From: Camelus ferus
Taxonomy: Eukaryota
Length of the DNA: 64,000 nt
Direction: 5' to 3'
Assembly: GCF_009834535.1 (NCBI RefSeq)
Contig: NC_045696.1
Location: 119,538,001 to 119,602,000, forward strand
Within the stretch, counting starts at the first letter, position 1, and each line of letters begins with the position of its first letter. Shown here piece by piece: positions 13,006-25,600 of this stretch. A program made the translations under genes and the position numbers. The notes beneath the pieces are model-generated. The model ran no database searches and had not been told where the DNA came from. It saw only the letters and a list, made by a program, of their open reading frames with translations.

Positions 13006-14305
13006 TGGTATGGAGGGAGAATGTTTAGTAAGAGGCCCCTTGGTAAAAGCCTTGCAGTAGGAGGAGAAAAAATTGCTTCACTCCTAATTTTTCCATACCA
13101 CCCTGGTCTTAAGCAATCAAGGGAGGTCTTTCCTGCACTCACCCTGAATAATTTTGATCTGTGGCCTTGCATTCTGACCCGTGTTATCTGTGTGCGTCTT
13201 GATCCACACATTCTTACCTGTCTCTGGACTCACTGGTTTAGTCTTGGGCTCTCCCTGGCTAGTTATAAAACCTTGCTTTATCTCTGCATTCTCATAGCTG
13301 TTGCCTCTGGTCCCACACTTATAGCTGTTTTCAGTTAATTTCCTGCCTTCATTTTCATATGCATGATCAAAACTGTCATATGGGAGAAGTTCACTGCATC
13401 TAACATAACACATTATAATCATTAAGCAAGCAAATCCTGGTTAAATTTCTTTAGATCAAAAGAAACTATTTTAGATTAATTGCACTTGACTGCCTGATAC
13501 ATCTGACATTGTTTAGATTTTTTTCAGTCTTGTGATAGTTTCAAAAAAAAAAACCTATAGGATACCAGCTTTAGGAAATTTGGCTGGTATTACTAAAAAT
13601 TACATTTTGCTGAAAGGTATTGGATTTAGAGCTCACGTTTTATGTAAAGCTTAGAGATGCTTAATAGCTCCAGCTTATTACCTCTCTACGGTCTTACCGT
13701 GCTTTATTTCAGCAATGGAAACAGTTAATAGTAAACATTAGGAAATTAAACAAAATAGTTTATTCATCCAGCATTATCAGAAAAAACATAAGTATTCACC
13801 AGGGAAACAAAAGGAATTTGAGAGCTGAAGCTCTTCTCAGACACTGATGAATCAGGGGTTGGCAGATATTTAGCACAGATGCTCAAACTCCCCCAACCTG
13901 TGCCCATGGCAGACATCATCAATCAATCACTGTCTTCTGCAGAGTCTGAATAGAGCTTCGGAGTTCTCCATTCTCAGAAACTACTCCTGGTTTAGATAGC
14001 AGTTTCTTCCATTACAAGTAATAGAAACCAACTGGAGCCAGCTTGAGCCAAATAAGGAGGAAGTTCATACAAACACACAAGGGTGTCCTCCAAAATTCAA
14101 ATGCAAGATTGCAGTGAGATCTCAGGCACCAGGAACCAGAAAGCCATCAAGACTCTGTCCCTCATGTCTGTGTGTTTCTGCCTGCTTGACTCACTGTTTC
14201 TCCCGGCAGTCAGGCTTTCTCTGTGTCTCCAATCTGCTTGAGGTCATGTGGCCACTCAAAGCACCCACGGTTAGAGACTGCATCTGAATCTCAGCATCAG
14301 ATTCC

Positions 14306-14306
<1 letters not shown>

Positions 14307-14334
<28 letters not shown>
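14307..14334. repeat. (GA)14 microsatellite within a diverged MLT1-like LTR (~14000-14500)
   Basis: Read directly from sequence; LTR context is from resemblance only. Confidence 0.85.
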
Positions 14335-14338
<4 letters not shown>

Positions 14339-15526
14339 AAGGAAAGAGCAGCTCTCAGAGAGGGCAGGGATGGCTCCCAGCCTAAGCCGACAGCCCGGGC
14401 CATTTTCCATCACCACCATCCAGCCGTAGACAGTGGCACTAGAGATGAAACCTATCTTCTCCTCAGGAGCTAGGTCAGGGCAGACCAATTGATCTCTGTG
14501 CGATGCTTTATACCTGCACTTTCCAATCCAGTACCCGCTCACCTCCTGCAAGCTATCGAGCACTTGGAATGTGTCTGGGGAACTGAATCTTTAATCTTAT
14601 TTATTTTTAATTAATTTAAACGTAAATAGCCGTGTGTAGCACCAAACCAGACAGCGTAAATCAAGGCCCCTTTCCAGGTGAAGGGTAAGACAGCTGAGCT
14701 CCAGACCCATAGCTGGTTAGTAACACAGCTGGAACTGAACACTTGGTTTCTTTTCCTTTTCATTCCCCATCCTTTTAATTGCAGTTGGAGAATCTGCCTC
14801 AGTGGTTTTCCCAGATAATTCGAATTTACCATTTTAAATGTCCATGCCTAACCATCCCTTTTTTTTTTCCATCAAGAGTGTTTATTTGCTTACATATTTG
14901 CTGATGGTTTTGTTAGTCAAACTACAACTACAGAGCTATGATAAAGTTGCCTCTCATTACAGAAACGTCAAACGAGCTTTACCTAACCATTCTTTGATGT
15001 AAAGCTTTCTGAAATGTATTACACACTTCTCTGCCTTGGGGCAAAAAAGCCACGTGGCCATCATTGTAGACTTTCCTTAATGACACGAAGCTGTAACTGT
15101 GAACCGCATTTGTCCTTCTGGGTAATAATCACGGGGCCCTCAGCACAGGGCCTGGGGAGGCCTACAGGGCTGCCTCCCCTGCCTGTCGCATCTCCGCAGC
15201 AGGCAGAGATCTGCTGCTCCCTCTCCTCGTCAGGTCTTCATGTGGCGGCTCTGACAGCATCCCACTCCCTTCGCAGGCTCAGCAATGCACCGAGTAGAAG
15301 AGCTTGATTTAGCAGTGGGCTTAATTTCACCCACACCTCTAAACTACTAGGCGTGGGGGAGTTTCACAACGGAGTCAGGTACACAGGGTCTTGCACAAAA
15401 TTTTCCACAACACACAGGTTGGTTTTTTTTCTTTTCTTTCCTTAAAGGTCTATGATGATGTAAGTCTCATAAGAGCTGATTGTGGGACGAATGGTATGAT
15501 GTTTTACTTTAAATGTGCCACTAACA

Positions 15527-15678
15527 GGGAGGGTATAGCTCAGTGGTAGAACACGTGCTTAACATGCATGAGGTCCTGGGTTCAATTCACAGTACCTCCA
15601 TTAAATCAATCAATCAATCAACCAACCAATCTAATTACCCGCCCCCCCCCAAAAGAAAAATCAAAAATAAGTTAAAAT
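15527..15678 (+). mobile_element. tRNA-Ala-derived SINE (Vic-1-like)
   Basis: 'gggagggtatagctcagtggtagaacacgtgcttaacatgcatgaggtcctgggttcaattc', C-rich/A-rich tail, imperfect TSD taaat[g/c]tgccact. Confidence 0.88.
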
Positions 15679-17961
15679 AAATCTGCCACTCAATACGTCA
15701 CCACTGCCATGGCTAGGGTCCCAGGGCAGAAGAGGACTGTGCACTAAATAGTTGGAGAAACGAGACCACACTTGGGTGTGGATGATTTTCAGTTACTTTC
15801 CTGAGCTGTTTCTCCATGGTGTATTCTCAAGCCATGAAATAGGAGCCATTTTATGAGTCTTTGGAAGATGTTCAAAAAAACTGAAGTCGATTTTCAGAAC
15901 GGTAAGAGAAATGATCATACTCTCATTTCAGTACCCTCTACCCAGGCCAGACTTGCAGTAACAGTATCTACTCAGAATGTATCTAGGCGTGTGGCTGCCT
16001 GAAAGGGCTCAAAGCCAGGGGAAGAGTGGTCATGAAGTCCACGCACTGGAGGCCTGGTCCGTACCCAGGGGAGCAAGACTGCTGGCCTTCAGCCGGGGCC
16101 CCACGGCCTGTCTTGGGGTCTGGCCTGAGGCTTCATGAGAAGGGCGATTCAGGGGAAGTCTGGGTTTGCTTCCTGGACCTCTAAAAGCCGATCAGTGACT
16201 ATGCATGTGGTTCACTGCCTCTGGGGAGAAGATAACACCCACGGGAGAAGAAGGTGCCTTGCGCAATTGAAAGGTCGGGTTTCTTGGCATCTGCGAGAGT
16301 AGCTTTCAGTTCTCTGGAGAAATTGTTTCTATCAGGTCCCACCGCCAGACAGGTATTCTGTACTTGGGCTCCGTCTCCTGGACCAGCTTGAAGATTTGCT
16401 CAAGGGAAGCCCTGATTCTGCCTCTGTACCGTTTTACAAAATAACTTCGCCAGCACGTTCGCCGCTCCCTTGGTTATTTATAGGCAGTTCTGATGATCCA
16501 GCCGGCAGGTTCCTGGCATGGTTCTCAGCCCTCTGTTTGCCTTCCTCACCTCCCACGGACACGCACACTCGCTGCTACGTGTGGCGACTTAGAATTTCCT
16601 GAGTCACAGCTCAGGCGGCCCCCTCCCCAAAAGATGGCTCCAAACCAAAACAGCTGTGACCCACCTCTCCCCAACCTTCCCCCAGGGCGGTATGAGGTCA
16701 CCAGAGAGACCTGGGGTGGGGGTGGGGGCAGGGACTGAGGCAGCAGGGCAGCAGGGCAGCAAGCTCCAAGCCCACGTGTGTGGTGGCCTGGAGGCTGGAG
16801 AGGGGTCACTAACCAGGGCAGGAGAGAGACCCAGTGGCTCCCTGTCTCTTCCCAGCATGGCATCATTTTGTTGTGTGAAGGGTTCTGCATTCCCAAGACA
16901 TGTGATACACCCTCCCCTCCTCAAATTCCAGAGGGGCACGAAAACAAATTCTTAAGTCCCGTCAGAAGTACTTCTTTTCCATCTGCACCTGGGCCCCGGG
17001 AACGTGGCACTGGCACCGTTTTGTACCAAGCAATGTCATCCAGGTCCCCAGTTCCTGAGCCAGGGCAGCCTCCGTGCCCGCTTAGAGCTGTGGTTCTCAA
17101 CCCTGGGGCTTAGATGCCATGCCTGGGCCTGGGCTTGGGAGATTCTGATTTTAACCTCTGGTCTGAGGTCTAGGCCTGAGCACTGGGATTTCCATACACC
17201 CTCGAAGTGACTCTAAGGTGCCGCCTAGGGTGAGAGCCATCGGCTTGGAGCACCCCCGTCTGACAGTGATGGTGAGTGGGGCTCTCCAGTTGCACAGCTA
17301 TGGCTCCGCTGCTTTAGCATACATGTTGGAACAGGAAGGGGAGAAGTACACACGCAGAGAACAATTCAGGCACCATTGCACGTTCCAGGGACCGTTTCAT
17401 TCAGTCATTCACTCAACAAACATTGATGGAAGGCTCCTCCAATCGCTAACAATGATTTACAGTGTTAGTTTCAGGTGTGCAGCAAAGTGATCCAGTTATA
17501 CATATATATACATATACATATGTTTTTCAGATTCCAAGATGCTGGGATGCAAAAATGCATGATGAAGTCCTGACCCTGAGGACAGACCAACTCCCTGAGA
17601 GAAGTATTTGGACATGTTCTGCAGGCCCCTCAGGTTCCCTCCAGGGGCAGGCAACTCTAGCCCCACCTCCTTCCTTGTTTATGTCCAGGTAGCGACTCAT
17701 AATTCCCCTCCACTTGCAGGTGAGGACGGAACATATATTATCCTGCTGCCTTTACAGGATGCAGTTGCTTGAATGATGACAGTTATCTCTGCTAATAAAG
17801 TTCACTTTTTTAGCAGAGTTATAAATATATATGCAGCTTGCATATTGGAGGAGTCATGTGGGAGGAAATGCTGAGGCCCTTCTAGAACAGAAGCCACTCC
17901 CTGGCACCTGCACATACATAACTCTCCCAGATTACCCAGCTCCACAGCCCCCGCCCCCTGC

Positions 17962-17988
17962 AAAAAAAAAAAAAAAAAAAAAAAAAAA
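17962..17988. repeat. Poly(A)27
   Basis: Read directly from sequence. Confidence 0.95.
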
Positions 17989-18258
17989 GGCTGGTCCTCA
18001 GTCCTTTCTTACAAAAAGGATTTACGGCAAACAGCCTGGGTGAGAAAATCAGCAATTAACATCCTTGAAATTTGCATTCTTTTCTTGGGCCCCCAGATGG
18101 CTTCACAGCCACCAGCTTTCCTTTTCCCAGGGGAAAACTGCCCCCCACCAACCCCAGTCTCTGAGGAAACTGGAATGGCCTTAACTGGGATGGAAAACAA
18201 CAGCCCAGTGGAGATCAGAAAGATAAGCTGCAGGAAGGGGGATGGTCGGTCTTGTAAA

Positions 18259-18568
18259 TTTTTAAAAAATTTTTTTATTGTAGTGTAGTTGACTTACAAT
18301 GTTAGTTTCAGGTGTACAGCAAAGTGATTTACTTTTATATGCACATGCATATATATTTTTACTTTTCATATACTTTTCCATTGTAGGTTGTTACAAGGTA
18401 CTGAATATAGTTCCCTGTGCTGTGCAGTAGGACCTTGTTGTTTATTTTATCATACACAGAAGTGTGTGTCTGTTAATCCCCAGCCCCTAATTTAACCTCT
18501 CCCCCGCCCTTTCCCCTTAGGTAACCACAATTTGTTTTCTATGTCTGTGAGTCTGTTTTTGATTTTGA
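18259..18568 (-). mobile_element. L1 3' fragment
   Basis: Reverse L1 3'UTR text; TSD tcttgtaaa (18250-18258 and 18569-18577). Confidence 0.82.
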
Positions 18569-20142
18569 TCTTGTAAACTGGAGTCGTAGAAATAAGCTCA
18601 CTAAATCAAGGATATGCTCGAGGTGCTGGGAAAGCAAATAAAGAAGCAGCAGACAAATAAATCTGCCCAGTTACCTGGAGAGAGAAGAGCTAATGGAGGA
18701 ATTTTCTAAAAGGAGCTTTAACTTTTGGCTGAATGCACTAACGCTATCCATTACCAATCAGCTGACTGTAATTTTACAATTTAGCAAGGGATTTGAGCTG
18801 CCTACAGGAGACTGTACCTTGTGGGTAATAACAGGTATGCATGGTGAATGTTACAGAGCACATTTCTTTAAAATATATGGCTAGCTACTTTGGTCGCTGA
18901 TATGTTTATTTGCAAAGCAAATGACAATCATGGTGTGGGCAGCACGTGGTGGGTGCGGCTAGTTGTCTCACCAGCCCCTTTCCTCCTTTTCCTTCCTGGT
19001 CCAGCACTGGTTTGGGAGTGGGGATGGGTGTCAGTCCTCCTTGAGCGTGACTTGACCCCACTCCCAGGATTAACGGGAGGTCCTGATGGCCTAAGCCGGT
19101 CACCGTGTCCTGTTCCCTCTGCTGGGGCTGGTGTAGGGATGGGTGTGCTGGGTTGTCTGCAGCCAGCAGTGTGGTTCCACTATCATTCCCTTCTAAGTCC
19201 AGGAACCATGCTTCCCAGAGTCACCATCTCTGCCTGTTTCAGATTATTGCTCATAAGAGGAATCCGGGGCAAGATTTGCAAAGAGGGCGGTGTTATTCCT
19301 CTGGAGATGGTTGGAGCTGGATAGGTAGGCAGATGAGAGACTGTCAGCAGCTTCCTGGCACAAACTTGCGGAATTACATACACACTTAGGTGTTTCAGGG
19401 TCAACTCCTCTGATCGTTGAGGATAGAGTTTCTGAACTCTGCTCCCTCTGGCTCTCCCAGGAGACGTGTATGCCCCAATTCTGTGTTGAGTCCTTTATAT
19501 CTGGAATGCATAGAATGGCTTTTGTTGTCCATGCTGAACCCTGACTGATACAGTGGCCATGTGGTCCAGTTCTGGTCAATGGGCTGGAGGGCCTCCCCTT
19601 ATGCCTGAGAAGGAGATTCTGAAACAGACAGCCCCTATCTGTCTCTGGACAGCGTGGCGTTTGGATGCCGTGCCCGGTACAGCTGTCGTGATTTGGCGCC
19701 AGCCTGAAATAGAGCCAAAATGCAAGCAGAAGGCAGAGCCGAGAGAAATGCCCAGCAAGAGTCCTGACAGACCTGCAGCCAGTAGCCTTGTAATAGGTGG
19801 AGACTCCTTCCTTAAGGAAGCAAATGTCAAGATAGTTTGATGTTGGCCGCCATGTTTTCCAGGGATGAGATGGTACCTAGGGATTCACACCTGCTCTCCA
19901 TCCTGTCCTTTTCATGCTCTCATCCTTCAGGTAGAGAAATACCCAGATCGCCTGTGTCTCAGATGTGTCACACACTTTTGAAATAGCTATGTGAGTTGTA
20001 GGTGTGCATTGGCAGATGGGTCTGCAATATTATTGCATCTTTTATCTTTTTTCTAACCCCAATCACGCTTTAAAATACACTTGCATTGCCAAAGCATTAG
20101 TGTAGTGCTGCCATTTTGGATTTCTTCTTGTTTTACCCACAG

Positions 20143-20665
20143 ACAGGCAGTCCTCACTTTGCACGGTAGTTCAGGAGCCTAAAATTGACCGTGCAAACTA
20201 GAACGGTGCAAAGCAGTCTTACTAATCAATGGGATAAATTACAACTGTTCTGTAAAATACCTTGCCAAAACATTAAAAACTTTTACTTTCAGTTGTAAAT
20301 GTAAAGGGATAATTTAAAAATAAAAACTAATATTTATTTACTAGATGGTTGTTTAAAACAGAAACATTGATGAAATATTTTATCTCTATAAAACTGTTGT
20401 TGAGAGCAGTTTGAACAGCATGCCCTTCAGAGCGTCTTTTCTATGTCTTGGCAAACTGTCGTGTCCTTGCTAAGTTTAGATCAGCCTCCAATATTTTATC
20501 CTTTGCACTTTCAAATATCCTTGAGAGTTCTTTCACTGTGACATTTTCTCAGTGTCACTTCCTCTGGGACATCACCCTTTTGGTCACACCACTCATTCAG
20601 GTTGATAAATCTGCCTTCTGGCTGCATAAGCTTTTTGGAATAGCAGCAGTGTCAACATTCTCACT
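20143..20665. mobile_element. Tigger13-like TcMar DNA transposon fragment, only one end present
   Basis: Tigger-type terminus 'caggcagtcctcactttgcacggtag...gaccgtgcaa...gtgcaaagc' and internal 'gtcacttcctctgggacatc', 'gcagtgtcaacattc'; stops where the DNAJB1 retrocopy begins. Confidence 0.7.
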
Positions 20666-20683
20666 ATAAAAAATACATATATT

Positions 20684-21689
20684 GGAGTCCGGGACCAGGG
20701 GACCGCCACAGCTGGGCGGCGGGCTGCAGGCAGTGGGGGAGAGGGGGAGGGGGAGGGGAGGGGGAGGGGAGGGCAACGGGCAAGGACTATTACCAGACGT
20801 GCGTCGGACTGGGAGATCAAGAGGGCCTACCGCCGCCAGGCGCTGCGTTACCGCCCAGACAAGAACAAGGAGCCCTGTGCCAAGGAGAGGTTCAAGGAGA
20901 TCGCCAAGGTCTAGGACGTGTACAACGACCGGCGCAAGCGCGAGGCCTCGGACGGCTACAGGGAGGAAGGCCTGAAAGACGGTGGCCCCAGCGGCGGGAG
21001 CAGCGGTGCTGCTAACTGTATCTCTTTCACTACACATTCTGTGGAGTCCCTCATGCCGTGTTTGCTGAGTTCTTCGGTGGCCGGAATCCCTTTGACACCT
21101 TTTTTTGGGCAGCGCAGCGGGGAGGAAGGCATGGACATTGATGACCCGTTCTCTGGCTTCCCCATGGACATGGGTGGCTTCACCAACATGAACTTTGGCT
21201 GCTCCCGTCCTGCCCAAGAGTCCACCCAAAAGCAGCAAGATCCCCCTGCCACCCACGACCTTAGGGTCTCACTTGAGATCTAGAGCGGCTGTAACAAGAA
21301 CATGAAAATCTCTCATAAGCGGCTGAACCCCGATGGAAAGAGCATTTGCAAAGAAGACAAAATCTTGACCATCGAAGTGAAGCGGGGGGTGGAAAGATGG
21401 AACCAAAATCACCTTCCCCAAGGAAGGAGACCAGACCTCCAACAACATTCCAGCCGACATTGTCTTTGTTTTAAAGGAGAAGCCGCACAATGTCTTTAAG
21501 AGAGATGGCTCTGACGTCATTTGCCCAGCCAGGATCACTCTTTGGGAGGCTCTGTGTGGCTGTACAGTGAATGTCCCCACTCTGGATGGCAGGACCATAC
21601 CTGTTGTGTTCAAAGATGTCATCAGGCCTGGCATGCGGCGAAAAGCTCCTGGAGAAGGCCTCCCTCTCCCCAAAACACCCGAGAAACGG
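20684..21689 (+). pseudogene. DNAJB1: Processed pseudogene of DNAJB1 (Hsp40), 3'-truncated
   Basis: 5'UTR-like leader, then ACG-GGC-AAG-GAC-TAT-TAC-CAG-ACG (MGKDYYQT with ATG>ACG at 20776); J-domain IKRAYRRQALRY(R)PDKNKEP; GEEGMDIDDPFSGFPM; THDLRVSL; MKISHKRLNPDGKSI; ...PGEGLPLPKTPEKR. Continuous across the expected exon junctions; stops at 20912 and 21281, several frameshifts, HPD>RPD. Confidence 0.95.
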
Positions 21690-22532
21690 GCTCTTTGTTG
21701 ATAAGATCAGATATTCAAGTTTGCCAACGTAGCAAAAAGACATTTGGTCTCTCGGGGATGGACTCATACCAACCAAATTTATAAGATGCTGATTTATAAA
21801 TCAGAAGGACAGTTTATTGACTTGAACTGGAAATAAAACTATAAGTGTGCACAGGTTATTAAGTGCAAATCTGCGTGGCATAATGAGGAAACCCGGTCTT
21901 GGAGCCAGGCCGACCTAGCTTTGCACTGTGGCAGCGTCTCTTCCTCGCTACACAGCTTCTCAGCTGGTGTGGATAAGGACCCCGGTGCCGTGCCTGAGAT
22001 CAGAAGGAAACACCGTCCTGTTGAATTAACTATGTCAGAAGCAGTCAAGGTGGGGGAGTGGGAGTGGCTATTTGGGGTATATACCACTGTATATTCTAGT
22101 TTTGACCGATCCATGCCTTCTCCTCCGATCACAAAGTCTGGTTCCTAGAATTGAAAAATTGCTTTTTGAATACGGATATGAAAGATGTTTGCTGCATGAT
22201 GGTTATCAGCCAGTATCATCCAGCTGTCTTCACTACATAAACACAAATGACGCATGAATAAAAAATGACGATTTGTGGTCTGGACACCCACCACGCTCCT
22301 GCTCAGAGCCAGAGGGAAAAAAGGCTCACATTTTGTCTCCTGCCCACCCTCCATTCCATACACACCTTACCTGTGCTGTCTAATAGAAATACAATGCAAG
22401 CCAGAAGTGTGAGCTACGTGGGCTGTTTAAAATTTTCTGGGAGTCATGAAAGAAGTGAAAAGTTTTTACATGTTTTTACAAAATTTTTATCATTTTTTTT
22501 TTCAAGCGGCCCTCTAGGTGTTATGCTTCTGT

Positions 22533-22691
22533 TTTGTTTGTTGGTTTGTTTTTTGTAGTTGTTGTTTTGGGTTTTTTTTTGGTGGGGGGAGGTAATTAGG
22601 TTTATTTATTTATTAATGGAGGTAGTGGGGAGTGAACCCAGGACCTCGTGCATGCTAAGCACATGCTGTACCACCGAGTTATACCCTCCCC
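22533..22691 (-). mobile_element. tRNA-Ala-derived SINE (Vic-1-like)
   Basis: Reverse head 'gaacccaggacctcgtgcatgctaagcacatg...gagttataccctcccc' with T-rich tail. Confidence 0.88.
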
Positions 22692-23949
22692 TCATCATAC
22701 AGTTTTATTACCCATTATACTTTGTCTGACGTAACTCACATTCTCAGAAGATAATCTCTATATTTAGCTATTGGCCTCAGGTAGCTCTGGCCAAGTACAG
22801 TTATCTCAGAGAAGGAGACTGGGGGCCTGAACTCCTCAAGGCTTAGATTCACCTGGTCAGTACGTGCTCATGGGTGGCAGGCAGCAGCCGCCCCGCCTGG
22901 CCTTGGTGGTCCTCTTTATGGAGTACTGGTCTCTCCACCAGAACTGCTCAGGCCGGCTCTCAGCCCAGCTATGATATTTTTATACCTTAGATTCAATATT
23001 TCCCCTGAAATCATAATTTTTAAAAATGTGGATGAAAGGACAGGCTTCTGTCTCCTTCTCAAAGCTGCATTTGTGGAACCGCATCTGTGGTTTTCAGTTT
23101 CTGGAGGTCCGGGGTGGGGCTCTTACATTTGTGTGGCTGGGAGTTCCCAAGGGATGGCTGTGTTGCTGGTCCAGGGACCACACTTTGAGAAGCACTGAGA
23201 GACAGCATTCATTTCGCTGGAGAAAGGAGATGAGACACGTTGGTATTTGAAAGTGAAAGAATTTCATAAAGTGCAAAGCATCAGATTACATCTTTCCTCC
23301 CAAACAAGCCAAACTCGATTCTTTGGTATTCTTTCCCCAAAGCAGCATCTTAGCAGGCTCTAACACCTCCTTTTCCAACATTTCTCCCCGAGTCTCTTGC
23401 TTGAGGCTGAGCAGCCAGGTCCCTCCTCTGTGCTTTCCTAGACCTGTTTTCTGCCCACCATGGTCCACGGTGTTGTAAGCGTCTAGGCGTGCACGCTGAC
23501 AGGCGTGTGCAGCAGGGCGGGAGGCCTCTTTCCCTGACACCAGCACCCCTTCTACCTGACACCGGGACCTCTCATAGCACCAACGGGACCAAAGAGTGCA
23601 GAACGATTGAGCAGATGAATGACACATGTTTGGAAGAGAAGGGACTATTTACATGTGGATCAAAACTTTTCCTAAATACTATCTCTATGTAAGAGATAAC
23701 AATAACCCAGGAGATTATTAAAAACAACAACAACATCAACAACACTTGGACCTCCTGAGAACTCACTGTAACCTGAAAACCACTGAGATGGTGTCAATCA
23801 CATAGAGTTCTAGATACCCACCACTGCTGACACACGTAACTTCCACTGGACAGAGATGCTGTGACTTGGGCATGATGGACCAAAGGTGTGTTATTATGAA
23901 GAAAATGGATTCAGGGGCCCTTAAAACACCGGGTCTCAGAGGCCCTTCT

Positions 23950-25030
23950 TTTTTATTTTAACTTTTTATTTTGGAAAATCTCAATATATACAAAAGTAAG
24001 GAGGACAACATAATGAACCTTCATGAACCAATCGTCCAGATTGAATAATTATCAACTGATGGCCAGTCTGGTTTAATCCCTAACTTCACCTCCTTCACCA
24101 ATCCTTGCAATACTTTTGAAGTGACTCCCAGTGTTACAGCATTTCATCTATTAAAATTTCAGTGTGTATCTTAAATATGTGAAGATTCTTTTAAGAATAT
24201 AAGCACACTATGACTATTCTACATAAATAATAAATCCATAATGTCATCAAATATTCAACCCATGTTTAAATTTCCCCATTGTCTCATACACTACTTCAGT
24301 TTTTTAATTCAATTCAGAATACAAAAATGTTCATAAATTGCAGTTGATAGACTCTTAAGTTCCTCTTTTTTTACTGCACATATTTTTAAAATTTACATCT
24401 ATGTACTGATCATTGTTTCTAAGAACGTTTAGAGCTTTAGCTTTTTAAACTTACATAGTTATCAAAGGAATAAATTAAGTCCCTCTTTTTAATCACTGAG
24501 TTCCCATTCTACCCCTTTTGTTTTTTAAAATGTTTCTTTGTTACAGAAACTGGGTTGGTTTTTCTATAAGGTTTCCCAAAATCTAGAGTTTGCAGATTAT
24601 AGTCCTGTGGCATCATTTACCCTATTCCCTCCCTCCCCCATAGGTAACAATTTCTTTTGAAATGTTACATTTTATCCTTTCAATTAAAAACAAGTAAGTT
24701 AAACAGACAATAGCATAGCATACCATAAGCACTTTTCTCTGCCTTGCTTTTTTCATTCAACCTTATATCCTGGTGATCACACCACAGCAGTTCACAGAGG
24801 TGTCCATAATCCCTTTTCATGGCTGCATAGTACTCCACCACCTAGATGCTACACAGCTTATTCAACCAGTCCTTTACTGATAGACACTTGAGATGTTGGA
24901 AGTTTGTTGCTACTACAAATAGTGCTGCAGTGAATAGCCAATATATCTTCTTGTATTTTGGCCAAGGATATCTTTGGGATAGATTCCTAGAAGGGAAAGT
25001 GCTGAGATAAGAGATAATTGCTAGAGATTG
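23950..25030 (-). mobile_element. Ancient L1ME-type fragments
   Basis: 'ataatgaaccttcatgaacc...', 'ttttcatggctgcatagtactcca...ttattcaaccagtcc...gatagacactt...aatagtgctgcagtgaata'. Confidence 0.6.
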
Positions 25031-25096
25031 CAGCTCTGCTTTTAAATGCAATGTGTTTCTAGAAGTTCTGTTGTAAAACGGTTCCTGAAACAGATC

Positions 25097-25600
25097 ATAT
25101 TTTAGTTATCTGCTGCTAAATACCAAGTAACCTCCAAGAGCAGTGGCTTAAAACAACACCATTTCTTATTTCTCGTGATTGTGTAATTCAGGTGCGGCTC
25201 CTCAGGGATGGTTTGTCTCTGCCATGCTTGGTTGGCTGCGACAGCTTGGCTGGGCTGGAGAATCCCAGACGGCTTTACTCACGTGTTTCATACCTTGGCT
25301 GCGGTGGCTGGGATGGTTGGACTTCTCACTCTCCATGTGGTTTCACGTCATCCAGAACTCCAAGCTTCTCAAACAGGGTGTCCAGATCCCAGGACGGTAA
25401 AACCGGGCAGTGGCAAGGCCTCTTAGGGCCCAGGCTCCAAACTCATAAGACGTTACTTGGAGTGCATTCTATTGAGCAAGTCTCAAGGCCGTCCAGGTTC
25501 AAGGGGAAGGGGAACAAACTGCATCTCCTGTTGGGAGGAGCACCATGTACGTATAGAGATGAAAGACATTGTTGTTGGCCATCTTTGCAGATGATTTACC
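25097..25600. mobile_element. MaLR LTR (old MLT1-type)
   Basis: 'tagttatctgctgct...cagtggcttaaaacaacaccattt...gctgggctggagaatcccagacggctttactcacgtgt'. Confidence 0.65.

Noticed and set aside
12865..13338. 157-aa ORF
   Set aside because: Starts inside an LTR; no domain similarity or splice context recognised.
20597..21256. 219-aa minus-strand ORF
   Set aside because: Antisense shadow of the GC-rich DNAJB1 retrocopy with no independent coding signal.
20918..21499. Functional DNAJB1-like retrogene (121-aa and 65-aa ORFs)
   Set aside because: Start codon lost, J-domain frameshifted and stopped, HPD motif changed, C-terminus missing.
21512..21519. CRE palindrome TGACGTCA inside the pseudogene
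   Set aside because: Explained by the parental Ser-Asp-Val-Ile codons; no promoter context.
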